Assembly: GCA_000320545.1 (NCBI GenBank)
Contig: ADNK01000980.1
Coordinates: forward strand, 1 to 49,850
DNA from: Bigelowiella natans CCMP2755
Taxonomy: Eukaryota > Protista > Cercozoa
Reading direction: 5' to 3'
Length of the DNA stretch: 49,850 nucleotides
Numbering within the stretch: the stretch's first letter is position 1; each line of letters starts with the position of its first letter. Below the pieces are notes generated by a model, which worked only from the letters and a program-made list of their open reading frames with translations, made no database searches and was not told the DNA's origin. The translations under genes and the position numbers were made by a program. Below are positions 14,356 to 27,751 of this stretch, piece by piece.

Positions 14356-15200
14356 ATTTGTCTGTATGTAGTATTTGTTGTTCGAATGTGATGACTGACA
14401 GAGCGCTGCTACATACATGATGGATGATGCACAAAGGTTGCGAAGATGGGCGAGATTCTCAATAATATTGTGAATACGATGCAAGGACAATTTTCGGATG
14501 GGTACAGTCGTCATCATTGTATTCCTCTTTCGTGTTCCGATTTGGATCATTTTTCACCGAAATGCAGGCGAGAACATGCCGATTGTCAGATATTTTTGGT
14601 TCTCAGCATTAGCATGATCTGGTTGGTTGCATCATGTTGTTTGTTTTGTTGTTCATAGGAAAGAGACCGATACGTCTGTGATACTTCGTAGCCTTGCTGA
14701 ACTTAAATCAGTCAAGGTGCAGCAGCAGCAGCAGCAGTCCATGCATTATTTTTATTATTACTACAATTATTATTAGTAATAATAATAGTAATAATAGTAG
14801 TAATATTAATAATAATACAGAATATGTTATTTAGTACTTGAACTAGCGATTGTTTCAACAAAATGTGTTTGATGAGACGAAAACACCGATCGATGAATTT
14901 CCGTCTGCAATAAGTGCAATAATCATAATCATCATCATCATCAACAACAACATCATCATCATTGTCCATGTTCTGTGCAGCAGGATTCGTATGGCTAATG
15001 TGGTCTTGTTGCTGTGCCGTCGTCATTTTATTTATTTTTAGGATGTGTTGATTGGGCGGATAAAAGCAGATCATGTCTTGGCATATCTTCTGTACTACCT
15101 CCCCTCCATCCCCCCCTCCATCCCCCCCCCAGTAAAAATTGTGTTAGTTGCGGCGTGTGGTGGCGTTAATTCCTTGGCATTTCTGATGTGTTGTTGCCTA

Positions 15201-15237
<37 letters not shown>

Positions 15238-15665
15238 AACTCTCATTAGACCGGAGGAGAAGCAAAGAAGTAGTATCTCCTCATCAGAAGACCCTCTCTC
15301 TGTCATGCAAAACCCAGTCCCAAACAGGACGATAACAACAACAACAACAGCAACAACAAATGAGTACAAAGATCATGATGCAAAAAAGGAGGAGGACATG
15401 AAAAACACCAACAGAAGTAGCACTAGCAAGGTTTGTTGGCTTGAGGACGGATGATGGTGATGATGATGATGATGATGAAAAGGAGGGGAGGAGGAGGAAG
15501 GGGAGATAATGACACTCTCACACATCTGTGCTATAATCGCTACTACGCTGTGGACGATGAGTCTTACATTGTGTAACAATGATTATGATGATGGTATGGA
15601 AAATCTTCTTCTTTTTCCCCTAATTTTTACATCGACTCCTTTCCCTTTTGCATAATATTTATATG

Positions 15666-15732
<67 letters not shown>

Positions 15733-16124
15733 CTCAACGTTGTGTGAATTGATTCATCGATCGATTCTTCATTGCAGAAGCAACATGACAGCAGGAATGA
15801 CGACGGCGAAGAAGGCGTTGTTGTTGACGGAGGAAAGGAAGCTGTGCCCTCTCACGCTAATGCTGATGCTAATGCTGATGCTGATGCTGATGATGAACTA
15901 ATCGGTGAAGAGACTGAAAAGGTGACGACGACGAATGATGAGGCATTGTCTCTTCATCCTCCTCCAAATATGGAAGAGAAGAAGCTATTCGGCAACGACG
16001 AACAAGGGCAAGGAGATGTGCCTGCTGCACCTGAGATCGAGCAATCCCCGCCTCTGTTTCTCGATAGACTTGCTGCTGCTGCTACTACTACGAAAGGTGA
16101 GACATTGACAAACATCTTCGTTTT

Positions 16125-16160
<36 letters not shown>

Positions 16161-16776
16161 AACGGAAAAGAAGAGAAGATGGAAATTAGTAGCGAGGAGG
16201 GGGGTTAGTTGTCATCCTAGGCATGCTACGTCAAGCAGCGAGTAATCATGCAATGGATTATTATTAAGTATGAGCAACGAAACAATATCTGTGCTGATAG
16301 TGTGTGCTGATGAGACGAAGTCCACCACCTTTATCTTCATCAAAACCCAGAATTATTATTGTAAAATAGCCTTGCGTGGTGTGCAAACGACGATGCTACT
16401 GCATGTCGTTCCAACGCATGCTTGCCGTGGGCGGAATTCGCTGATTCATTCAATTTATTTATGTGCTGTCGGGCCTAACGCCTTATCGCTTGTGTCGATT
16501 CACAGGCAAAGAGGACTTGATGAAGAAGCACGAGGCTTTGCTCGATGATCTACTTGGAGGTAAACAGCAATGACAACACAAGCCCTCGTCGTGAATATGT
16601 GAAGAGGCATCTGTTTTGCCTGTTTTTGGCACATAAAATCAGATGATGATGATGAGGATGAGAAACTAAGATCAAAAAATAGAGCCGAACCTTCTGATAT
16701 TGGGGATGCAAGCTTGTTTGGAAACGAGGGAGGTATAGGCTTTGAAGATGGTGACGACGACCCCTTTGGCAAGTAA
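8673..16776 (+). CDS. TBC1D5: TBC-domain Rab GTPase-activating protein, TBC1D5-like (many small exons)
   Basis: Exons give RSIYWR, IELDLNRTHPGNAFFQ (IxxDxxR), YRQGMNELLSPLL (YxQ), IEHDCYALFDRLM, LYLLRW|VRLLFAREF, CLRRLL, FPPVGD; acidic tail ends GDDDPFGK*. Internal exon borders approximate. Confidence 0.85.
10425..10498. repeat. Compound (CA)n(TA)n(CA)n intronic microsatellite (representative of many)
   Basis: Direct reading. Similar runs at about 410-462 (GA), 1873-1920 (TG), 2140-2178 (CA), 9857-9892 (CTT), 11548-11582 (TA), 15668-15726, 20440-20523 and 49765-49817. Confidence 0.95.
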
Positions 16777-16949
16777 GTCACTTGACGAGAAATTGTCAGA
16801 TCTCCACATCTATTTATAAGGATGTTATAGATGATGCTAAAAAAGAGAATGCTCAGTCGTGTATGTACATTTTGTGTGTCATATGTGAATAAGAGATCGA
16901 GATATAAATGGGATTTATCAAGCTTAACCAACTTAACATAAGACTCGCA

Positions 16950-18080
16950 TGCTTTTCATTTGATTTTGCATCTTCGCAGCGTGAAGCATGCATGCTTGCG
17001 CTCAAAGTGGCTTTCATGCACGCACTAAAAACATACACCTCACCTGTCTCTTGGTAGATGTGTAAGACGGATGTAATCAATCAATGTGTGTACACAACAA
17101 TATAGAAATCCGTGTTTATAGTCACAACTGCACGCGGCACGACGGTGGCCGGCTAGCCGGGCTAGCGGGTTTCGCGTACGCATCGCACGCAGCGCATACC
17201 TACGTGCGTGCTAGGAGTACTCTAGCTAGCTAGTCGCACAGCGCACATGTGTGTAGTTCGCATCGATCCTGCCGGACCATTGATACTGCAATACGCAGCT
17301 GTGCGCTAGCTAGCTAGTGTGTTCTAGTCTGCGCTACGTCAGCCAGATCGGCTAGTTTGATCGAGCCCCGCTAGCTAGCTCGGACGCATAGCATTGCATT
17401 TCATCTGAGCTCTCTAGCTCCAAAGCTCTGGCTAGCTGGGCATGCACTCTATCTCCTTGCTAGCGAGCGCTAGCTAGTTGTCAGGATGCGATGTATGCAT
17501 CAATTTGCATGTCACTACGCATGACGACAATGATGTCTAGTTGTTTGTCGCTAGATTTACAGTTTGTGCGATGATGAGATTCATGTGTCACTAGCTAGAC
17601 TAGATCAAGCCTAGAAGCATACACACGCTCCTTGCCGCTAGCCTGGCCGCACGCATGCAGCGCATTCGACCTTCAACAGTCTAGCAGTCCTGACTTGGCG
17701 ACGCGCGGATGCGGAAGTACAGATCGAGGAGCTGCAGCGCGTTTCTAGATTTTGTGCGGACGACGAACGCTACTGTGCAGCGCAGCAGCATAAATGATAT
17801 GCAAGAACACAAAAAGCCATTGGACACAATTTAATTGACTATAATTATATACGGCTTACAAAAAGTGCCTAGCTAGAGCTAGAGAGTGCTGCCTTAACTC
17901 CAGTCTAGCTAGCTACATGCATGCGGCATGTCTCGCATCTGCTATTTGTGTAGTGTGCATGCAGTGCTTGCTGACGTACATGGCAAATATATAACGGAAC
18001 CGACCGTCGCTTCATGCGTAAGGCAAAAAGCTATGTCATAGCATCAACATGATCAGTGCAACATGCAACGGTGGGGTCAT
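16950..18080. other. CTAG/CATG-rich intergenic spacer 2 (between convergent TBC1D5 and TyrRS)
   Basis: ctagctagctag runs and gcatgc; non-coding. Confidence 0.8.
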
Positions 18081-18138
18081 GATATTTTTTGTAACCACAA
18101 CGTTCCAACTAGTATTATTCACCTCAAACGAGAGCTAG

Positions 18139-20157
18139 TTAAGGCTGCTTGATAATACGCAGTTTGTTCTTTTTCCCCTTCTGAAGTAAGAGAGCATTGC
18201 TGTCGTCTAACATCTCGGAGTCTAGGCTGAGTTCTGGATCTGTCACCTTTTCCCTAATGTATGTTACGATGTTGATCACTTTACATCAGTGCTGTATGTA
18301 AGCAGGGTTTCCCCTCATTATAACATCCTCTCCTTGGATGATTACTGCAAAATGAAAAATCGGAATAGAATCTTATGGTAAAAGGGGAATTGAAGAAGAA
18401 AGCATCGAATTTGTTTTCTGGACTCAACTTCAACAGGACATCATCACGAAGAATATGCAACCACAGATCTCTTCCAAAAATCGATATTATAACATATATG
18501 AACGAGCGACCCGTTAACTCTAATCCCTCCTCCAGCTATACTTCTCCTTGCATCTCCTTTTGAAGAGCATAAACCTTACGTAACAATGACCATGGCAAAC
18601 AAGAACCATAAACAACGAGTGCCATCTTATCTGATACTACTACTGGGGGTATAGAATTATTCAGCTGGAGGGAAGCGAAACCGTGCAGCAACGAACACTA
18701 GGGCAAGCACCTGTTTCTGCAAGTAGGGAGACTATGGATACGGGGAACGAAGACTCATATTTGGGCATGGAATCCACATCGCCAGAGGCTCCTCCCCCAA
18801 ACGCAGCCTTTGCACCTTTCAATGCCTCCTGTGCTGCTTCCTCGCCATGGAGAATCTTCGTTGCTTCAAAGGCCAGCACTTGCTTGGCCTTGATCATCAA
18901 TGTACAGATAAAAGAGAGACCGTTGATGGAAGGAGGAAAGACGGTTCAAGTCTTCTTGTTATCACATGTAATTCTTTCAGAGATGGCATCTTTTCCATGG
19001 TCCTCCCCCCCCCCCCTCTCTCTCTCTGTGTGTATTCCATTCACCTTTCGGATATCTGCGCCTTGCAGCTTTTCAAGTTCGGCAATCTCGCTCATGGGGA
19101 GGAAAGTGAACAACTTGAGAAATCTTTTTAATGTAGAAGAGTTGGAGGAGATTTAGTGAGAGAGAGAGATGAGTTTGGTATCATCCAGCTTATGATGGTT
19201 GACATTATTTGGCACACTACTTCCAAACTCTTTCAAGTATTAAAACAAAACACGTTTCTCGACTCATTTCCGATCTTTACTTGCCCCTTCCCCCTCCCAG
19301 ATACATTCAGAGCGGCAGAACTATCAGCATTCTGTTATTGTTTTCTTCTTCTTTTTATTACTATTCTTCCATTATCATTCATGTTGTAATATTTAGTGGA
19401 AAAGGTGCGGAAGCAACCTGGCCACATCACGATCATCAGCATTCACCCAGAACTGGAAGTAGTCGTAAGGGCTATATTTCTTCTCGTCCAACCACACAGC
19501 TCCATTCGCTGTTTTCCCCATCTGTCATCGCCATGACCGCCCCCCAGAAAGAAGCAGTGGAAATAACAGCAATAGCAAGAGCACCGCCAACCATTAAACC
19601 CATGATTTTTAATAGTGTGGGCACTGATACTGCTTGGGTTATTAGGCATACTACATGATGACAAACTATTTTGAACGATTTCCCGTGATTTCATAGAACA
19701 AGAATTCATCTGCACGTTCAATCGCTCCATCGTCATCATCATGATCATGATCATCATCGTCACCATCGTTATCGTCATCATCGTTATCGTCATCATCATG
19801 ATCTTTTGAATTTCTCCGTACTACCTTTGCACCAGATGCCGTTGTGAGGAGCGGAAATGTGATACACCCGACCTGCATAGAATATGAGAGATCTTCACAT
19901 CAATAACATGTTATATGTAGGCATAACGAGGAGAACACAGCTCGGTAGAAATTAGTGATAATATTGAACGATAAACTCATTGTTTGCATCATAGATATGG
20001 ACTGTAGTAGCGAGTAGTATATCTTTTGGATTATTATTAAATGGTTGATTGAAAGCATCACTTCAGTTTGCTCCAAGCGACGAACGAGATCGATGCCCCC
20101 GACGATATTTCCCCATTGATCATCACCTAATACATTTAATAGCATGATATATTCATT

Positions 20158-20199
<42 letters not shown>

Positions 20200-20452
20200 C
20201 ATATATATGTATATGCATGTCTGCGTGTTTGTTTGTTTTGCTGCTCCGCACCCACCCCCGATCTGCAGTTTACAGTTGTAGCGACGAAAGAGTTCTAAAA
20301 AGTCGTAGGCCTGTAGCAGCTGATAGTTGAATTCTAAGAAGGACATTCCTTTCTCCAATCGACTCTTGACGCTCGCCTATTTTACATGTTCAATAATTTA
20401 CAAATGTAAACAAACAAGTAAATAAATAAATAAGATGTTACACACACACACA

Positions 20453-20531
<79 letters not shown>

Positions 20532-22114
20532 TTAGACTAGAAAAGTTTGAAGAATTTCAAGCGACTCTGAGCAGCCGTTTGACAAAAACTATCAGTGCTA
20601 TAAAGCTCATTTTTGATTTCGGAATAAAATTTTTAAGAAAAGTCTTCTGCACACACTTCTATCCACAAATAATTTGCCACAGCGGCCATAGCTTCGCATA
20701 AAAGCCATTGCCACTTCTTCGTTTTGAAAAACTACTGCCATTGTTTTCTTTCTTACGGGGAGGAAAATCACTCTTAATAGGTACAAGGAAACCGTTCTAT
20801 ATAATATGAACATTGCGCGTTAACCACCTTTGTCAGCATCACATTCACTGAGAACAATGCACCGTAGTCACGTAAAAAGTCGATGTATTTTAGTCCTAGA
20901 AGCCAATCTGCGTTATCCACAATTTGGCCTTTCCCTTCCCCTAGATCCACAAATTTCTCTAGCTGCTTTCGAATTCCAGCCTAAATAGCATGAGACAAAT
21001 TCCAAAAAAATATTATGATGTAATATGCAATGTAATCACGTAGCGGGATGATACAAGTTTAATAAAAATACTACGGCTGCGAGACAAAAACCATTGATAT
21101 CGTTTTTCAAGTGTCGCAAAACTTAAATATTTAGAGTTATTTGAATTAAATTTGATAATATTATTCTTAGTATCTCTAGATTTTAGAAAATAAAGTTGCA
21201 GTTTGTATAAAGATGCATTCTTACTTTATTCTTTTCTATTGTGTCAACTGTCATCATTTGTCTCGCTTCCTGCACGATGAAGAATAAACAACTCAATTCT
21301 CCGCCATAGCGACATTTCAAATATCTAGATTATATATCAAAATTTTGCCTAGGGTGTTCGAAAAATATGTTTTAGAATCACAGAAGTGCATTTGCATTTG
21401 TGCGACAATGTGCTAAAAATGTGCCATGAATGTGTGTTTTAACCTCTTTTCCAGACGGATCACCAATCATCCCAGTACCGCCCCCCAACAGAGCTAGGGG
21501 ATTGTGACCGTTTCTCTGCAAATGCGCCATAGCCATCATTGGAACTAGGCTGTAGAATTATTCATAAACATTAAGCATTAGGACAAGGTAGGCAGAGACG
21601 GCGGCGGCCTTTATTACCTGCCAACGTGCAATGAGTCCGCTGTTGGATCAAATCCAACATAATACGTCACGGGAGCTTCCTTCTCAAGCATTTCTTGAAC
21701 GCCATCGGTGTTTTCCTTGATGAATCCCCTTTCGTACAGCACATTGTATGCACCTGCTGCTGCTGCTGCTGCTGGTGGGGTACCTGACTGCTCATTTGGA
21801 TTGTCAGCAGATACCGTCGAAAATGATCTATGAGAACGCCAAGACTTCGTAACACTCGGATTTAGGACAATCCCACTTTTTATTTGATTGCGAGGAAGGC
21901 GGAAGCGAAGATTTCTTCGAATGGGGGCGACTGCCGAGTCTCCATTGATCCTTTTCGCGAGCGAGCTTGCAATGTTCCGCATCTGAGGGACCTCTGCAGG
22001 AGTTCTAGTTAGGAATAGTGCAAATGTAGTCGCAAGTCCCAGCAGTGCACAGAACTTAGGGGTTGAAAACGACGATAACTTCACAAGAGAAGGCGCTGAA
22101 GTCCACGCAGCCAT
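18139..22114 (-). CDS. tyrS: Tyrosyl-tRNA synthetase, bacterial/organellar type, with bipartite leader
   Basis: [64 protein letters not shown]|MGKT (KMSKS-type), YDYFQFW and a C-terminal S4-like domain ending [13 protein letters not shown]; first in-frame ATG at 22114. Confidence 0.95.
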
Positions 22115-22329
22115 CACTGGAGCGGCTGGTGAAGAGAGGTCGGGCGGGATGGCTGATGAGTAGGTGAATCTCAGACAGTGACCGGGATTCAAAATAGTGT
22201 CTGGGATTCAAAATAAAAGCGAAATGACGTCTGTTTTGTTTCTGAGACTCATGGAATAAGTGTTTTTTTGAGGGAAGCCGAGATGCTCTTTTTTTAATTT
22301 ATCGGCGTAGCTTGCTTGGCAGGATTATT

Positions 22330-23760
22330 CACTCATTTTGGAATGTCGATCACGAATGAATCTTGAATCGTCCTGTTGAGAGCACGGTTCATTCATTCAT
22401 TCATTCAATCAGCGCACTCAGTGATGCAGACTTTGTGCAAACTTGGCTGAAATGCTTGTTCTTCTTCTCACCTCTTCCTCCTCTCATCTCAGCCACTTCG
22501 TGTGAACATCCTGATCGACAACACCCCTGCAAATCACACAACGCACACACGCACGTGCACCCGCTGACATTCATGGAGATGTGGAGATCCTTGCTTGCGG
22601 TGCTTTCGATGTTTTTTTGTCGAAGCGAACGATCGCAGCATGCCTGCATGAATGATCGAATCGAAGATCGTCCCCAACATGCCACCTTTCCTCTCGCCGT
22701 CCTGTCCTTGAATGATTGGATGAACAAAGTGTTTTGCATGCACATGCTTGAGTTGAAAGGAGGGCCGGTGCGCATCAATCCTTTCAATGTGGTTCCATCC
22801 ATCCAGGCTAGCAGGGCGCTCGCTCGCTACTAGGCTAGCTCGCCCCAGCGCCGCCAGGTGCGAGACGCACGGGAAAGCTGCGGTCACCAGTGAGCAGTCG
22901 CAGCCTCGATCGTGGAACTCCAGAACTCAGGGGAGCTCGGGAGAGGGCCAGCGACATCACAACAACATGCCTGCCATGCTGGCCTGATCCAGGTGATTTT
23001 TGTTGATTGAGCGAGAAGACGGTGTAATCGAACTGCAAACGGGCTAGCCAGCGCCATGGCCGCTGCATTGCACAGCTACGCTTGATGCACATGTCGACAG
23101 ATGACCATTGAACAAATTCACTTGATTCATCACATCCGTCTTGCGCTAGCTAGCTAGCGAGCGCTAGAGCGAGCGCACGAGAGCCAGGCTAGCTAGCAGG
23201 TGATCGATTTTGCCAGCGACGACTCCAGGACTACTGCATTGACCAATCACCAATCACTTCGATTCACATGCTAGCATGTCTAGCAGATGCGATGTGATTC
23301 ATTCATTTTGGCACTCAGCTGCGGATTCGCAGCTCGCATCTCTGCTGGTCTAGATGTGTCGCCAACTCACTGCATGGACTAGCTATAGCTAGCTAGCTAG
23401 CTAGTGAAGTCAGAATTGTCTAGTTGTGCCTACTAGCTAGCTAGCTAGCTAGCTAGGCGTGGTGCGATGCCGATCAAAGAATGATTCATCAAACGATCAG
23501 CCCACCGATGAGCAAAAAACTGTGCTAATTGAATGCATGTGGATCGGCTTAGTCGAGAGCAAGCAGGCAGCAGTGTAAATGGCTGTGGCACCGCACCTTG
23601 CGAGCCAGCTACGCTGATGCCATCCGCACGTGCATTCATCTAATCGAACCTCACAATTGTCACCACATGTAGACATGTGCATCATGATGATCGTTATGAT
23701 GATCGCTATGAGAATTGCTATGATGATTGCTATGATGATCTGAAACTAAATTAGCCGCAT
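22330..23760. other. CTAG/CATG-rich intergenic spacer 3 (downstream of the UBAP2-like gene, upstream of TyrRS)
   Basis: (CTAG)n runs at about 23146, 23385-23405 and 23434-23455; 12-bp tandem atgatgatcgct-like repeat at 23684-23740. Confidence 0.8.
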
Positions 23761-23906
23761 TTGTTTTCAGGAGAATGCTAACCGCATTGAGAATCGACGC
23801 TTCCGATGAGGATGTAATAGAATAAAACTAATATTGTTCCCATATTTTTTATGAAATATATTCACATTGGGCATGAAATTCTCGACACGACAGATTTGCC
23901 TGACAT

Positions 23907-26900
23907 CTAATTTGCTGAGTTCCAGTACTGATTTTGAGGGATCTGTTGCTGGTCTGTGAAGGTGTTCTGTGTCATGTAGGGAGTAAAATTGTTCTGGCGA
24001 TAATTCTGCGATGGATTACTTCCCACCATTTGTACGTTTGATGGTTTACTCTCGACCAATTTGGAGCTCTGAGTGCTTGGAGCCGACATCTGAGATGTCG
24101 TCCAAGATGAACGATCAAAATTTCCGTGCGATGGAGTAGATTCACGAGGAGCACTGTTACCAGGATGTGTAGAGAGCTGTTTTGCGCCATTTGGAACATG
24201 TGGAAAGCCAGATTGAGGGGATGTATCTGAAACAGGCATTTGCACATTTTGAGCAGGCTGTTGTGATATCATTGGCCCTCCCCCCTGAGTTCCACGAGGC
24301 TGCGACTGGTAACCAGCTTTCCCGTCACCACCTGCAGAGCCATATTGTTCCTCATAATTTCCAGCAGCAGCAGCAGCAGCTGCTGCAGGGTTATGGAAAG
24401 ATGCAGGCGCTGCTGCAGTATGGTTGTAGTATCCATTTGGAGCGGGCTGGTAGAAGCCATGTGGGCTTCCTCGGAATCCGGGCTGCCCAAACTGTGGAGC
24501 ATACTGATAGTTGTTGTAGAAGTTATGAGGATAAGGATAGGGCACGTGGGCTGAATGCTGGAACTGTACAGCAGGTGCTCCCATTGCATAAGTCTGTTGA
24601 TTGAAAGGTGGTTGTGGCTGAAGGCCCTGTCGCTTGGGTCCAGGTCCAAATCCTCCACTTTTAGAAAAGCCCTGTTTGATTTGTCCCTTGTAGTTTCCTC
24701 CTCGCTGCGGATACTTCTGGTTATTGATGCCTCGACTTTGTTTGCCTCTTCCATTCTTTGTGGAGTTATCCATCTGAGGTGGTGTTTGTTTGGATCTTTC
24801 ATAGTTTCCATTCCCTTACTCGCTGATTTACCGCCTTGTTTACTGTACATGCGAGTTCGGGGGTTCTGTGGGCGTTGGTCTGTAGAGCCCCTCAGGTACC
24901 TTGGTTGTTGCATTTGATATTCTGCGAAATATGCCGGGTGCATTTGTGCAGTTGCTGCCCCTTCGTAGTAATTTCGTTCACCGCTTGGCATATAAGGATG
25001 CATGGTTGGGGCATAGTGCTGCTGTGTAGCATACATTCCCATGGTTTGATCTCCAGCGTTGGCCCTTCCAGCAGACTTTCCGACATGAGATGAGTGCTGT
25101 GCCATTGTCTGTTGCGGCATCGTTGGAGATATTCCTTCAGATACCCCTGTTGGTATTGTGTCACCCACAGTTTGTGTGCTCTGAGACGATGGTTGATTCA
25201 TCTCACCTTGGATTGGCATTCTTGACAATTCATTCTGAGATTCTTCTTCTTGCTGAGTTGAAGCTGCGGTTGAGTTTTGTTGAGTTTGGATAGGTTTTTC
25301 GGTTTGTGAGATTGGAGGAGAGGAAGACGATGATGAAGAGGGATCGGGTATTGTGTTGGCTTGGGTTCTTCGGGGGAGACTACTTTCTCCGTGTTTGCCT
25401 TCCCGTATTTCCTGCCTTGCAGAAAAGTTGGACATCTGGGCCTGCATGGAATCTGCTGCCGGACTTAAGCCGAACATTTCACTATTTTGAAGAAATTTAT
25501 TTTGGCCCTCGGCCTCGCCATCTTTCAATCCAAATACGATAGAATCTCCCTTAGCGCTTGTAACGTACGATGGCAAACTGACATTGGAGCCATTAGCGTT
25601 TGGCGGCTCACTGCGTTCCTGTACGCTCAATTTACTCATATCTGCAGCAACTTCCATTGGCTTTGTGAGAGTTGAAGATGGCAACTCCATGGAGACATTT
25701 TCTTCTTTCGGTGTTGGCCGACTTTCCTTAGGTCGCCATCTATTTGCAGGCATCCTATTCCCCATCGACTCCTTCTTTTTCCTTTGATTAGACCTTCTTC
25801 TTTCTTGGGGTTGCTGTTGCGGGAGGGCTTCAGCAGCAGGTTTTGATTCCCAGTCACCACTATTGGCACCGCCGGTAGTAGAGGTTGCAGGATCTGACGC
25901 TGATGGGGTTGCTGTCCATGATCCCCAAGGTTTTTCAGTTGTCGCCTTTTCTTCTCCCCAAGCAGCTTGAGCTGGTGTAGAGTTGAAGGCAAGTGTGGGT
26001 TGTTTTTCTGTGGATGCAGGTACAGGGGTGGTGGGATCCCAGTCATTTGCAGAGTTTTTGGATTTCTCTTCGAAGGAGGATTTTCCTTCGGACTTTGATG
26101 AGCTCTGCCAGAATTCTGGTGTTGGATCTGGTTCGGCTGCAGCTGGTTCAGGTTCTGGAACGGCCTGAGTCTTCTTTTTTCCCCATTGAGGATTAAATGC
26201 GGGGTTTCTCACTTGTGGAGTTTGTTGTTGTCCTGATGATGATGACCAATTCTTCCCACCTGTATCCTTCGATGAATTTGTAGCTGCGGAGACCTGCCCC
26301 TGTTTCGGAGTATTTTCTTTGTTGCTCTGATTTTTACCGGGGTTCGTTTTGTTATTTCCATAGTCTCTACGACGACCTCCACGGCCACCTCCTCTCCCGC
26401 TAACCGCACCGCCTCTACGTCCCCTTCCTTCTCCTCCTCTAGTTCGGGCTCGCCCACGACCGCGGCCTCGTCCTCGACCTCTATTTGGCATTGAGCGAAG
26501 CTTTTCATCCTGCATTAAGCGACAAATCAGAAGATTCTTTAAATTAATATTTATTTTTTACGCTCATCGGAGTAATGGCATTTTTTCAACATGAATTTCA
26601 GTTCCATATTAACAAAATAACTAATGGAGAGCTTTTCAGTGACCTTTTTTTTCCGGCTTTTGCCCCTTTTATCTACTGTTTCCCACGTATCAGGCTCGTG
26701 TTGGGTTCGACTATCTGAAATCATTGAAACGTAAGAAATAATACATGGAGCAAATGGCAACAGTTATGAAGAAGAGAATTTCATCTTGCGGACCTTGGAA
26801 GTAGTTTTCGATAGCCGCAATAATTGTGTTCCTGTCATAGTTGTATTTCGTGCACATGTCAACAGCCTCTTTTTTTTCAATGCCCCTAGTCCCCATGACC

Positions 26901-26938
26901 ATCTCGACCAGACTTTTTTGCTTTCTCGTGAGCTTCAT
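23907..26938 (-). CDS. UBAP2/Lingerer/Def1/GIP1-like protein: UBA-like N-terminus, RGG box, long Q/P/S/Y-rich disordered region
   Basis: MKLTRKQKSLVEMV...YNYDRNTIIAAIENYFQG, then WETVDKRGKSRKKK, RGRGRGRGRG repeats and a prion-like C-terminus. A reading-frame switch near 24813 is required. Confidence 0.72.
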
Positions 26939-27751
26939 CGTGTGATCTGTGTGGCTCCTTACGGCCTTTGTTGAAGCTGTTCGGAGTTTGGTTTTTCGTC
27001 ATGATTTTCTTTTGAAGAAAGACAAAAAGAAAACATCTTTGAATTATAAACAACGACAACAAAATATGAGAAAAATTAGGGAGAAATTTCTAGCCCTCCG
27101 CTCTTTTTTTTCTGGAATTTGATGACGATAAATCTTGCCAATTTCTGACGCATGAAACCTTTCTTCTTGCTGCATCCACAAAATCGCTTGCCATTGTGGG
27201 AGAGAGCGGGCTTCTACCTTTCCGCGAACCGCGTTTCGTAGATTTTTGTTTTTGCGAGCGCCTTTTCTTGTAAATCTCTCAGAGATCTCTGAATCTAACA
27301 TCCGCGTCCGGCAGACGGAGGCTTCGTCAATTAGTTTTAAAAACTCGCATCGCGCAAATAGTTCTACTGGAATATTAAATTGTGGCAAGTACTAACATAG
27401 AGACAACATAGTCTTGAAGTCGTAAATAATTAATGTAGAAATATTAAAGTCCTTTGTTTTATGTCTCTTCCTGAAATCCTCCCTTTCCCGCACCAGACCT
27501 GAATTCCAATTCCACCCCCCACGCTTCGTAATCCAAGTAAAATTTGCCTGGAGTGGAAGAAGGAAAGCGATATAAGACAGAGGAAAGGAAGAGGAACTGA
27601 GGTGAAAGAAATCGCCTCGTTGCCTTACTCTTCCTGAATAAGAAGGGATTCCTCCTCGCTCTTCAAACGTAAAGAAAGTTGAGGGCGAGAGAACGAAGTG
27701 AAAAGCCTAACGCGTAAGAGAAGTGCCGAAGGCGTCGCATTTTATCGTACG

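Noticed and set aside
23385-23455. (CTAG)n runs as CRISPR or telomeric arrays
   Set aside because: No repeat-spacer periodicity; eukaryotic context; not a telomere motif
22363-23685. ORFs within spacers (also 36816-37340 and 41869-42939)
   Set aside because: Cys/His/Ala/Met-rich translations expected from TpA (stop codon) depletion; no recognisable domains
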